From a virus, in IMG/VR virus record IMGVR_UViG_3300042471_000650, positions 14,321 through 78,320 of that record: 64,000 nt of DNA; one strand, given 5' to 3'. Below the pieces are notes generated by a model. It was not told where the DNA came from. It did not search any database and worked only from the letters and a program-made list of their open reading frames with translations. Below, in pieces: positions 55,577 through 64,000 of the stretch. The number at the start of each line of letters is the position of its first letter. Position 1 is the first letter of the stretch. Made by a program: the position numbers and the translations under genes.

Positions 55577-57292
55577 TCATAATTCATTTTTATAAGAGAA
55601 CCCGTTTTTCTTTTCAAACTTAATCACACTATCAAACTTATCGTGCAAATCAGACTTGTGTGAAATAACAAAGATGTTAGCATCTTTCACAACATACCGA
55701 ATAATCTTTAAAAACTCATCGGCACCAAATCCATCAAGAGAAGAGTCAAAAACTTCATCAAATAAGAGAATGTTGCAGTTTACAGAATTCTTCAGTCTTG
55801 CAACTTCACGCCAGGCAAATAACAAACTCAAGTCAATTCTTGCCTTTTCACCCTCACTGAAAGAACTATAAGAAAAGTCTTCGTGAATAGGAGATTTAAC
55901 ACTTTCATTAAACTCTTCATCAAGATGGAAATTGATATAAAAGTCCATCATTTGCAAATAGCGATTTACTTGCTGATTGATGAATGGAAGGTATTTTTTG
56001 ATAATTTTTGTTTTTACACCGTCGTCCTTGAGTAAGGAGTAGGCAAAATCGTAATAAACGATTTCTTCTTTTTTCTTCGAAAGGTCTTCGAATGTTTTTT
56101 GGAGATTGGTTTGAAATTCTTCTAACTTCTCATGTTCAGTATTTCTGTTTGCAAGGTTTTGGATAATAGTTTGAATTTCAGATTCAAGGTCTCTGATTTG
56201 CCTCTGGTTGAGTGAAATCCGAGTATTGTTTTGAGAAATCTCATGATTGAGTTTCGTAATCTCCTTTGATAGAACTGTGAATTGACGCTCTCGTTCTTGT
56301 TCTAACTTTATAGTCTCCTCAAGTTCTTGAAAACCTTTTTGGAGTTCCTTTGCTTTATTTTGAGCGTCTGCAATTCTATTTAACCTAAACTCCTCCTCAA
56401 TTGTTTGTGTGCAAGTAGGGCAGACCGTATTCTCTGTAAAAAACTTATGCTCTTTGGTAATTACAGACACTTTTTGAGATATCTTACCTTTAAGATTATT
56501 AAGCTTCACTAATTTATCACCAGCACCCACAACTTCTTCTTGCTCCTTCGTATACTTAAAAATACTTTCTTCAGTTAAAGCATTCTCATTCATATAAATG
56601 CCAACTTCCGAATCTAATTTGGCAATCTTTTCTTTATTGGCATTTATGTTGGCATTTCCACGACTCTCAAGTTCCTCAATGAAACTTTGTTGCATCTTCA
56701 TCTTGTCCTTAAGAGTTTCTTTCTTAAGGTCAAGAGATTTGATTTGCTCTTTCTTTTCACGAATCTTATCTTTGATAATCGCATTCATTGCAGAGAAGAT
56801 ACGAATGTCCAGAAGATCTTCAATGACTTCTCTACGATTTGCAGTCGTCAATTGCATAAAGGGAACAAAAGTGCTACTACCCAAAATCACAATTTGAGTG
56901 AAACTACGATAGTTTAATTTGAGAATATTTTCCTCAAGAATTTTCTGATTAGCACGATCATCTGCTTCTTTATGAAGAGCAATTCCATTTACTTCAATAT
57001 CAAAAATATTTGGTTTAATTCCACGGCGAACCAAATAATTCTTACTATTAATCGTAAACTCAATCTCTACAAGACAATCCTTTTCGTTTGTTGTATTGAC
57101 AAGTTGTGGTTTATTAATCTTTCGAAATGGTTTATTGAAAAGCACAAAACACAATGCATCCAACATTGTAGATTTTCCAGCACCATTCGTCCCTATAATG
57201 AGATTCGTATGGTTTTTTTCAAAATCAATTTCTGTAAAAGTGTTTGGAGAAGAAAGAAAATTTTTATAACGAATCTTATGAAATACTAACAT
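55577..57292 (-). CDS. gp46: Recombination endonuclease ATPase subunit (Rad50-like)
   Basis: GTNGAGKS, CPTC hook, FSEGEK, DEVFD. Confidence 0.96.
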   Translation of the reverse strand: MLVFHKIRYKNFLSSPNTFTEIDFEKNHTNLIIGTNGAGKSTMLDALCFVLFNKPFRKINKPQLVNTTNEKDCLVEIEFTINSKNYLVRRGIKPNIFDIEVNGIALHKEADDRANQKILEENILKLNYRSFTQIVILGSSTFVPFMQLTTANRREVIEDLLDIRIFSAMNAIIKDKIREKKEQIKSLDLKKETLKDKMKMQQSFIEELESRGNANINANKEKIAKLDSEVGIYMNENALTEESIFKYTKEQEEVVGAGDKLVKLNNLKGKISQKVSVITKEHKFFTENTVCPTCTQTIEEEFRLNRIADAQNKAKELQKGFQELEETIKLEQERERQFTVLSKEITKLNHEISQNNTRISLNQRQIRDLESEIQTIIQNLANRNTEHEKLEEFQTNLQKTFEDLSKKKEEIVYYDFAYSLLKDDGVKTKIIKKYLPFINQQVNRYLQMMDFYINFHLDEEFNESVKSPIHEDFSYSSFSEGEKARIDLSLLFAWREVARLKNSVNCNILLFDEVFDSSLDGFGADEFLKIIRYVVKDANIFVISHKSDLHDKFDSVIKFEKKNGFSYKNEL

Positions 57293-57545
57293 TTTTAGGG
57301 GGAATTACAATATCGTCAGGAGTGACCACAGCATACTTATAATTATAGCGTTTGCAGGTCAATATGGCAAGGTCATCATCAACTTCTACAACATCCATTA
57401 TGGTCTTTTCTTGATCTTCAAGCATCATTGCATAACGAGTGGCATCGTCCTCTTCCTCAAAGAGAAACAAAACTTTTTCACCATATCGGTTTTGAACCGC
57501 ATATGCTCCATCGTCTTTTCTATCTTTAAGTGTGAGAAGAAACAT
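57276..57545 (-). CDS. Conserved cyanophage hypothetical protein
   Basis: GAYAV...LFEEEDDA.RY...DDIVIPP. Confidence 0.75.
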   Translation of the reverse strand: MFLLTLKDRKDDGAYAVQNRYGEKVLFLFEEEDDATRYAMMLEDQEKTIMDVVEVDDDLAILTCKRYNYKYAVVTPDDIVIPPKNVSIS

Positions 57546-58582
57546 TATTCTACTTCGCAAGCTTGCTTATAAAGATCTTGAAAAATACCTTTGATAATAT
57601 TCTTATCAAACTCAAATTCTGATTCTTCAATATAACGATTTAGAATTGTTAGAGTGTTTTCATCTTCACTAATTTCAAACTCCTCATTTTCTTGAATATC
57701 AAAATTCTCAATAATTTTGAGATCTTGAATACCAATACTATAAAGTTTATCGATGAATTTTTCAAAATCTTTTGGTTTAGATTTTTTACGAACAATCACC
57801 TTTACAATTTTGTTTTGATATTCAGTTGCATCAAATAATTGATATGGAGTATCCTCATAATAAATGTTATAGAATAATTTATAAGGATTGTTGATTGGAG
57901 TGTGCTCTAGAGTTTCTGTATCAAAAATGTGAAATCCTCTAGTATCGTTCACATCATTCCAATACATTTCATAAGTATTGCCCAGATAAAAGATTTTCCC
58001 ATTATCAGAGCGAGTGTGGTAGTGTCCTGAAAATACTTTATCAAACTTATCAAAAATTTTTGCATCCATTCCGTGCTCTTCCATTACCAGATTTCGATTC
58101 ACACGGAAACCTTGTAACTCCAAATGTCCCATTGCAATCTTTGCTTTGGACTTTTTGATTTGCTTTATGGTTTCATCATAGTTTTCACTACAAATCCAAG
58201 GCACCATCATAATGTCCAACCCACCAACTTTAATTGTTTGTGGAGAACTATAAGCACTAATATTGGGATAGGTTTGAAGAAGCAAACTTGGAGAATTGAC
58301 GCTATTGGTATTCTTATAGTAACAATCGTGATTACCAACGATCATATGAACGTCATAATTTTTCAAAGGTTCAAATACAACTCTCTTTGCCCATTCCAGA
58401 CTTTGATAATCAATTGACTTACGACTATCAAAAGCATCACCCATATGGATAACTGCATCTACCTTATGCTCTTTCAGAGCAGGAAAGAAAATATTCTTAT
58501 AGAAAAGTTCAAAGTAATCGTGAAGATACTTGGAACCTTTCCTTGCCCCATAATGAGTGTCAGTAAGTATGGCAACTTTCAT
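57545..58582 (-). CDS. gp47: Recombination endonuclease nuclease subunit (Mre11-like)
   Basis: DTHYG, GDAFD, GNHD and SGHYH motifs. Confidence 0.96.
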   Translation of the reverse strand: MKVAILTDTHYGARKGSKYLHDYFELFYKNIFFPALKEHKVDAVIHMGDAFDSRKSIDYQSLEWAKRVVFEPLKNYDVHMIVGNHDCYYKNTNSVNSPSLLLQTYPNISAYSSPQTIKVGGLDIMMVPWICSENYDETIKQIKKSKAKIAMGHLELQGFRVNRNLVMEEHGMDAKIFDKFDKVFSGHYHTRSDNGKIFYLGNTYEMYWNDVNDTRGFHIFDTETLEHTPINNPYKLFYNIYYEDTPYQLFDATEYQNKIVKVIVRKKSKPKDFEKFIDKLYSIGIQDLKIIENFDIQENEEFEISEDENTLTILNRYIEESEFEFDKNIIKGIFQDLYKQACEVE

Positions 58583-59055
58583 CGGTTATTTCGGTATTGA
58601 ATAGCATCTTTCATACTATTATAGTCGGAATTGCTTCCAGAAAGCAAGTTGTCATCAATCATCATAACCTCATCATAACCAGTGCGTTCGATAATCTTGG
58701 TCTTAATTTCTAATTGCTTTTTCTCCTTTTGAATACGACGGAGAAATGCATAGTGAATAATTTGAGTAAAGTAGGCAAAAGGATTACTTGATTTTTGTGG
58801 ATCAAAATTGTGAATATATTGAACGCAATTTTCTATGCCATCAGAAATCATATCATCCCGAAACATATAATTCACAAAGTTAGGTTTATAAGAAAGATGT
58901 GTGGCAATCTTAAGAAAGCACTCTCCCAAATAATTTGTAATACGTGGTTTTGGAAGTCCTTGTTCTTTAGCAGCAGCAACTTTTGACCTGTAAACAATCA
59001 ATGCTTCAAGTAACTCTTTGTTATTTACATAATGTTCTGATTTCTTTTTTGGCAT
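58579..59055 (-). CDS. gp55: Late transcription sigma factor
   Basis: HYVNNKE...DMISDGIENC...NPFAYFTQI. Confidence 0.95.
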   Translation of the reverse strand: MPKKKSEHYVNNKELLEALIVYRSKVAAAKEQGLPKPRITNYLGECFLKIATHLSYKPNFVNYMFRDDMISDGIENCVQYIHNFDPQKSSNPFAYFTQIIHYAFLRRIQKEKKQLEIKTKIIERTGYDEVMMIDDNLLSGSNSDYNSMKDAIQYRNNR

Positions 59056-59111
59056 AATACATCTTTTTGATTAAGATAAGATAAGGTTATTATACCACAT
59101 AAATCAAGGGC

Positions 59112-59166
59112 TTGACAAGTATCAAAAATATGTGTAGACTAGGTTTGTCTCCATTGAAGATAAGTT
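59112..59166 (+). promoter_or_regulatory. Antisense TTGACA-17-TAGACT promoter plus copy 2 of the 32-nt repeat
   Basis: 59135-59166 is 31/32 identical to the reverse complement of 25281-25312. Confidence 0.75.
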
Positions 59167-59583
59167 TTAGCTTTCTTTATTATCTTTAAGGTCCTTAAGG
59201 AAAATATCTTCGAGTGACTTACGAGAACCCTCTACTGACCCCAAATATCCCATTTTATCAGATATTGAAACTTTACCATCATCCTCAATATCACTACTAT
59301 CATCATCTTCAAGATATCTATGATAAAAATCAATCGTAGATTGATTTTTGATTTCAGTCATAGTAACAATTTTATCTAACTTAATTAAGAAAAAGTCATC
59401 ATCAGGTATTTCCATCCAGGGTTTTATTTTTAAATACGTACCAGCCTGATTTACGAACGTTTTCATAGTCACAGGATTTTGAAGCACAATAATAGGATCT
59501 CCATCATTCTCATCAATAGAAACTAGAGAGAAGATTTCTTCACCTGTGATTAATTTAATTGCTGCGTAAAACTCTTCTCCCAT
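59167..59583 (-). CDS. Conserved Sm-like hypothetical protein
   Basis: IKLITGEEI...NP...PW; MGYLGSV. Confidence 0.75.
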   Translation of the reverse strand: MGEEFYAAIKLITGEEIFSLVSIDENDGDPIIVLQNPVTMKTFVNQAGTYLKIKPWMEIPDDDFFLIKLDKIVTMTEIKNQSTIDFYHRYLEDDDSSDIEDDGKVSISDKMGYLGSVEGSRKSLEDIFLKDLKDNKES

Positions 59584-61046
59584 CAGTTCTTAAAAGGTAT
59601 GTTTACAATATCATAATTAAAGTTTTCTTCATTATAGATTTTAATTCTTTCTATTAGATGATTGAGTGTGTAATTTTTTCTTGATTTATAACTGATATCA
59701 TCAGCAATATCATATAGAGTTGCTTTTGTCTTATTATTGCCTTTTCTTAAGACTCTTCCGATTGATTGGAGGTTTCTGATTCTTGATTTACTAGGGGAAG
59801 CAAAGATAACATTATGTAAATTTCTGATGTTAACACCAGTAGAAAAAGTGCCGTAAGAAGCAACGATGATTGCATTGTTTTCTTTCTCTGTGATTTCTCT
59901 TACTTTTTCACGGTCTTCAGTATCTACACCACCGTGTACAAAAAACACGTGACGATTATCAGTAACGCTATTATTTATGAGATCGTATAAAGGTTGCCCG
60001 TGACCTTCCACTCTTGAGAAAAGAATTAATGTATTACCTTTGAGATCAAGAGCAAGATTCTTAATAAACTTATTTCTCTTTTCGTGATTGATAATATACT
60101 GGACTTCTTCTTCAAAATTTTCAAATTTATTTGGTGAATGCTTTAAGAGAAGAATATTAATATCAAGAGTTGCTACGTGACCCTTCTTCATTAACTCATC
60201 AGTCTTGATGATTTTATATGAGGGTCCAAAGAGTCCTTCCAATACCCACTTATGAGTTTGGGATCCATCAAGTGTGCCTGTAAATCCAAAACGATACTTG
60301 GCATCAAAAAGTTTTGTCATTATAGATACTAATGACTTGGATTTAAAATTATGTGCTTCATCACCAACTACCACATTAAATCTTGAAAAGTATTGTTTAG
60401 GTAGTTTGTAGATTGATTGCCAAGTTGTAATAATGACTTGTGAATCAGTTTCTCTTTCTTTTCCAGCGTAGATTTTGTGGCAAAATGACCCCACATCCCA
60501 TCCATAATCTGCAAAATCTTTATACATCTGCTCTACAAGGGATGTCGTTGGAACGACTATCAGAATATTTTGTTCTTTCTCAACGTAATATCTCACAATC
60601 GAATATATCATCAACGACTTTCCTGAAGCAGTTGGAGATATCAACAACTTTCTATTATGTCTTAAAGCGTCGTATACTCCCTCAACTTGGTAATCACGGG
60701 GAGCATACTTTGAAATAGAATTTATATAATCTTTTACACCTTCTTTTGAAATCATCTCATTGACTTCAAAAGGAAGACCATAATACTTATTATCTCTAAA
60801 CTCATAAGTATAATTATGCTGTTCGCAAAATCTTATGAGTTTATCCAATAGACCAACGTATATTTCTTGAGTATTAATATTAAACAAATAGATACGCCCA
60901 TCCCACCACTTATTTTTGTAAGCAGGGGCAAACTTCGCATTTGGCACTTCGAACTGAAATGCGTCTCTTAATTCATAATAGATATGAGGTTCTGCTTCCA
61001 CAAGCAGATAAACCTCATTCTTTTTTGAAATAATCAAATGTGACAT
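59583..61046 (-). CDS. uvsW: RNA-DNA/DNA helicase UvsW
   Basis: SPTASGKS, DEAH and QSIGRVLR motifs. Confidence 0.96.
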   Translation of the reverse strand: MSHLIISKKNEVYLLVEAEPHIYYELRDAFQFEVPNAKFAPAYKNKWWDGRIYLFNINTQEIYVGLLDKLIRFCEQHNYTYEFRDNKYYGLPFEVNEMISKEGVKDYINSISKYAPRDYQVEGVYDALRHNRKLLISPTASGKSLMIYSIVRYYVEKEQNILIVVPTTSLVEQMYKDFADYGWDVGSFCHKIYAGKERETDSQVIITTWQSIYKLPKQYFSRFNVVVGDEAHNFKSKSLVSIMTKLFDAKYRFGFTGTLDGSQTHKWVLEGLFGPSYKIIKTDELMKKGHVATLDINILLLKHSPNKFENFEEEVQYIINHEKRNKFIKNLALDLKGNTLILFSRVEGHGQPLYDLINNSVTDNRHVFFVHGGVDTEDREKVREITEKENNAIIVASYGTFSTGVNIRNLHNVIFASPSKSRIRNLQSIGRVLRKGNNKTKATLYDIADDISYKSRKNYTLNHLIERIKIYNEENFNYDIVNIPFKN

Positions 61047-61078
61047 TCATAACATATCAGTTATGAATATTTATTTGG

Positions 61079-61510
61079 TCAGTTAAAACCTGACTGGAAT
61101 CGATGCCATTCAATACTATTCTTGATTTGATATGTACGATTGGAAATGCATTTGATCACTTCTTCTAGAAATTTCAGCATAATGTCATAATATCTGATTT
61201 TGAGATCGATTTTATTCAACTTCTCATCAGCGTCCATATGCCTCTGTAACGCTTCTTTATCTCTGACCTTATAGGGAAATGGTTCTTCTACGTAAACCTC
61301 TGCAGGTGCCTTTCCAGTGTAGTAATTGTATCGTTCAAGTTTGACTCTATTATATGTATCTCTTGCTTTTTCTCTTAATAGGGTAATAGTATTGTATACC
61401 GTATAATATTTTGCGTGAAGTTGAGGAATTTTTAAAGATTCATCGTGTAAATTATCAGGGTCAATGACAGCATCTCTCTGCCACATTTCCTGAATTTCAT
61501 CAAGTGTCAT
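61079..61510 (-). CDS. uvsY: Recombination mediator UvsY
   Basis: D..ID...L..ES..IP.LH.KY...R.YQIKN.IEW. Confidence 0.92.
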   Translation of the reverse strand: MTLDEIQEMWQRDAVIDPDNLHDESLKIPQLHAKYYTVYNTITLLREKARDTYNRVKLERYNYYTGKAPAEVYVEEPFPYKVRDKEALQRHMDADEKLNKIDLKIRYYDIMLKFLEEVIKCISNRTYQIKNSIEWHRFQSGFN

Positions 61511-62061
61511 AGAGGTTGTCCAGTTTCATTCAGTATACTGTAGATAGTATACTTGAAAGAGACCTCTGCTGTAAAGTACTGAATGTCAGTTTGTGTGGAG
61601 TCAAATTCCAGAGAGGTTAAAGAAACTGGAAATAAATCTTTAAACTTTACAATTGAATTTGTATTATAGTTACTATCTAAAATATAAAGACTTCCGTCAC
61701 TGAATGCTCTTTTCGGATCCAATGGTTGAGTTAAATCATCTTCATTGGTTAACAAATCTCTATAATCTTGAGTGCTTTCTGGAAATCCCAATCCAGTTAA
61801 CCAGTTATGAATCACCATATAATTCATCATATCTTCATCGACTAAAAATCTTAAAGATAAGTCTCCATACTGGAGTTTACCACCAGGTACATCAATATCC
61901 TTAAGATATGTTGGTTGTTGCACCAGAGAAAGAGTAATTTCAGGTATTCTTGCGGAGTTGCAGAAAAAACTTATCTTTGGTTCTTTAGCTAAAGTAAAGT
62001 TAAACCCGACTGGGGAAAGAAAATTTCGGTTTTGTATCTGATTTCTAAAAGCAGACGCCAT
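61507..62061 (-). CDS. gp3: Tail tube terminator / tail completion protein
   Basis: NFLSP.GF.F...FLVDE...NY..IHNW...FP.SL. Confidence 0.85.
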   Translation of the reverse strand: MASAFRNQIQNRNFLSPVGFNFTLAKEPKISFFCNSARIPEITLSLVQQPTYLKDIDVPGGKLQYGDLSLRFLVDEDMMNYMVIHNWLTGLGFPESTQDYRDLLTNEDDLTQPLDPKRAFSDGSLYILDSNYNTNSIVKFKDLFPVSLTSLEFDSTQTDIQYFTAEVSFKYTIYSILNETGQPL

Positions 62062-62083
62062 AATGTTTTATTGATATTTAGAT

Positions 62084-62112
62084 AAAAAAAGAGGGTCCCG
62101 AAGGACCCTCTT
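62084..62112 (-). terminator. gp23 terminator
   Basis: AAGAGGGTCC-TTCG-GGACCCTC-TTTTTTT (cUUCGg loop). Confidence 0.9.
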
Positions 62113-62131
62113 GAAAGAGTTGTAAACTAAC

Positions 62132-63526
62132 TCACATTAAGTTAGCAACCTTAACTCTTCTGTAGTAGGTGTTTGCATTGGTGGTAAGAGCACCAGCGCC
62201 TGCGGCGAGACCCTCTGCGAATGGGTTTGCAACCATTCCGTAACGGGTCTTAAAGCCGATCTTAGGCTGGAAGGTGTTCTCGCCAACTGCACGAACCATC
62301 TGGAGAGGAACGTATGGGCAATAGAAGAGACCAGCGTCATATGGGCTAGAACCCTTATAACCGACAACGTAGAACTGGTTAGCAGAAACGTTTGCCGAAT
62401 ATGGGTCAATGTAGACGCGATACTTACCTTGAAGAACTCCAGCAAAAGTATTGCCGGTGTCATCAACGTTGAGGTTTGCGTTGAGTGCAGGGGTGTAATC
62501 GAGAACACCTGCCATTGCAAGTGCTGAAGCAACGTCAGCAGAGCAAAGAATGGTGTTACCCTTTCCTCTACGAGTTTGCTGAGCAATAGCGTTAGCGTCG
62601 CGCTCGATTTGGAAAATCAGACCCTTGAACTTCTCAACCGACCAACGACCGTTTGAGTCAACGTCGAGGTCAAAAGTACCAGCAGTAGCGGTATTGACTT
62701 GAGCACCAGGCTTAGCAATCTTGTAGATGGTTCTGATAACTTCGCGGTTGATTTCAGCAAGAATCTCAGTTGAGAGAATGTTTGCCAATTCCGCTTCAGC
62801 ATTCAGACCGTGAATTGCCTTAAGGTCTTGAGCGAGCTCAAGTGAGTACTCGGCTTTCAGAGCACGTGACTTTGCGGTAACAGTGACTTTCTCAATTGAG
62901 AATGCCATCTGGTTGAACTGCTCAGATTCGCCAAGCGATTCTGCTTCGTCAGTTCTCATTCCCTGACCAACGTTATACTGGTTAGCGCCAGTAGCGTTGT
63001 TTGCTTGGTTGGTTGGGTCGAGTACTGATGGGTTGGTGCCGCCTTGAGCGGTAGTACCCATACCGACTGAACCACCGGTCCAACCGTTGGTGTTGTTGAA
63101 TCCCGAATCCTGACCAGAGAATGCTGAATCAACTTCGTTGTAGAAGGTCTCAGCACCAGTCTGGCTGGTATAACGTGAACGCATTGCGAAGATGAGTCCG
63201 GTAGGACCATTCATTGGTTGAACGCCACAGAGATCGTAAGCGATCAGATTAGGCATTGAACGTCTGATAAGTGAAATCAGAACTGGATCAAAACCTTGCA
63301 TAGCGCCGGTTGTTGCACCACCCAAACCAGGATTTGCACCTGAAGCAGTGCTGTTGGTTGGTGACTCATAAAGGAACTCACGCTCTTCGCGGAGTGCTCT
63401 TTCTTGGTTTTCTAACAGGATAGCGGTTACAGCTCTACGATGTGAATCTTTGAAAGAATCAAGACCTTCGTAATCTAGGAGCGGAGCCCACTTCTCCTGC
63501 AGTGATTCTACGTTGAATCCTTGCAT
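62132..63526 (-). CDS. gp23: Major capsid protein
   Basis: KWAPLL, GVQPMNGPTGLIFAMR, KSRALKAEYSLELAQDL, FQPKIGFKTRYG. Confidence 0.98.
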   Translation of the reverse strand: MQGFNVESLQEKWAPLLDYEGLDSFKDSHRRAVTAILLENQERALREEREFLYESPTNSTASGANPGLGGATTGAMQGFDPVLISLIRRSMPNLIAYDLCGVQPMNGPTGLIFAMRSRYTSQTGAETFYNEVDSAFSGQDSGFNNTNGWTGGSVGMGTTAQGGTNPSVLDPTNQANNATGANQYNVGQGMRTDEAESLGESEQFNQMAFSIEKVTVTAKSRALKAEYSLELAQDLKAIHGLNAEAELANILSTEILAEINREVIRTIYKIAKPGAQVNTATAGTFDLDVDSNGRWSVEKFKGLIFQIERDANAIAQQTRRGKGNTILCSADVASALAMAGVLDYTPALNANLNVDDTGNTFAGVLQGKYRVYIDPYSANVSANQFYVVGYKGSSPYDAGLFYCPYVPLQMVRAVGENTFQPKIGFKTRYGMVANPFAEGLAAGAGALTTNANTYYRRVKVANLM

Positions 63527-63575
63527 TTGTGTTTACCTCTTTAAAAGTGTTGTTGTTTGATTTATGATTTAAAAA

Positions 63576-64000
63576 TCACTTTTTAGAAACTCTTTGGAGA
63601 GTCTGAAGATATGCACCCATTGTGCCACTAACTGATTGAATATTCAGATTAGTTTCTTCCGACAAATTTTCACTAGCGTTTCTTTGAGTACCAGCAGTTC
63701 TGGATGGGAAATAAGATTCCCTCAGAGTTACCAGTTTCTCACGATAGCTCTCTTCACCATCAAACTCAACATTTTCGGCAAGAGAAGCGAGTTTGTCCTT
63801 TTGAGAAAGTGCAAGACCCTCAGTGACATCTGCAAAAATTACATCAGCAACTGACTCTGCTAATCTTCTATTAAGAGCAACATTTCTTTGAATTTGCTCG
63901 TTGAGTTTTTCTTCCATTTCATCAAGTTTATCTACCATGCTCTCGATGACATCATATCTATCTTCAGGGATTGTTACATAATGATCTTCAAAAAGACTCT
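63576..64000 (-). CDS. gp22: Prohead core scaffold protein (3' part)
   Basis: Open frame running to the window end; GL..SQK.KL..LAE...K..TL.ESYF; directly upstream of gp23. Confidence 0.9.
   Translation of the reverse strand, partial: SLFEDHYVTIPEDRYDVIESMVDKLDEMEEKLNEQIQRNVALNRRLAESVADVIFADVTEGLALSQKDKLASLAENVEFDGEESYREKLVTLRESYFPSRTAGTQRNASENLSEETNLNIQSVSGTMGAYLQTLQRVSKK

Noticed and set aside
55434-55580. 48-codon ORF ATGA-coupled to gp46
   Set aside because: Coincides with the palindrome promoter and overlaps the next gene by 56 bp; cannot be supported as coding.

Overview
A 64 kb segment of a T4-like (myo)cyanophage genome, AT-rich and almost entirely on the minus strand. Reading from 64000 down to 1, it carries gp22 (partial), gp23 and gp3; uvsY, uvsW, gp55, gp47 and gp46; a GIY-YIG homing endonuclease and a CobT/CobS-like VWA-AAA pair; the replication block (gp45, gp44, dam, gp62, regA, hsp20, gp43, uvsX, gp41, mazG, gp61, nrdA, nrdB); several probable internal head proteins; a cell-wall hydrolase/lysis region; nine tRNA genes interleaved with structured non-coding RNAs; a phosphate module (Som-type porin plus pstS with a Pho box); dps; an orphan tail-fibre module; and an ~11 kb glycosylation island (gmd, fcl, SIS isomerase, NTP-transferase/kinase, HAD, several fucosyl- and glycosyltransferases). 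The most interesting signals are non-coding. (1) Four repeated hairpin-UGG(Y)G pseudoknot modules of the wcaG-RNA type; three cap the stop codons of small cassette-like genes, and the array ends in a terminator with a plausible antiterminator just upstream of the glycan island. (2) A 32-nt sequence duplicated 34 kb apart, each copy starting at the -10 box of a TTGACA-17-TAGACT promoter and firing antisense into a gene (candidate sRNA or R-loop origin). (3) A 22-bp palindrome at fixed spacing upstream of six promoters. (4) Structured RNAs in tRNA leaders and spacers. All calls were made by eye from sequence and protein motifs; no database searches were run.
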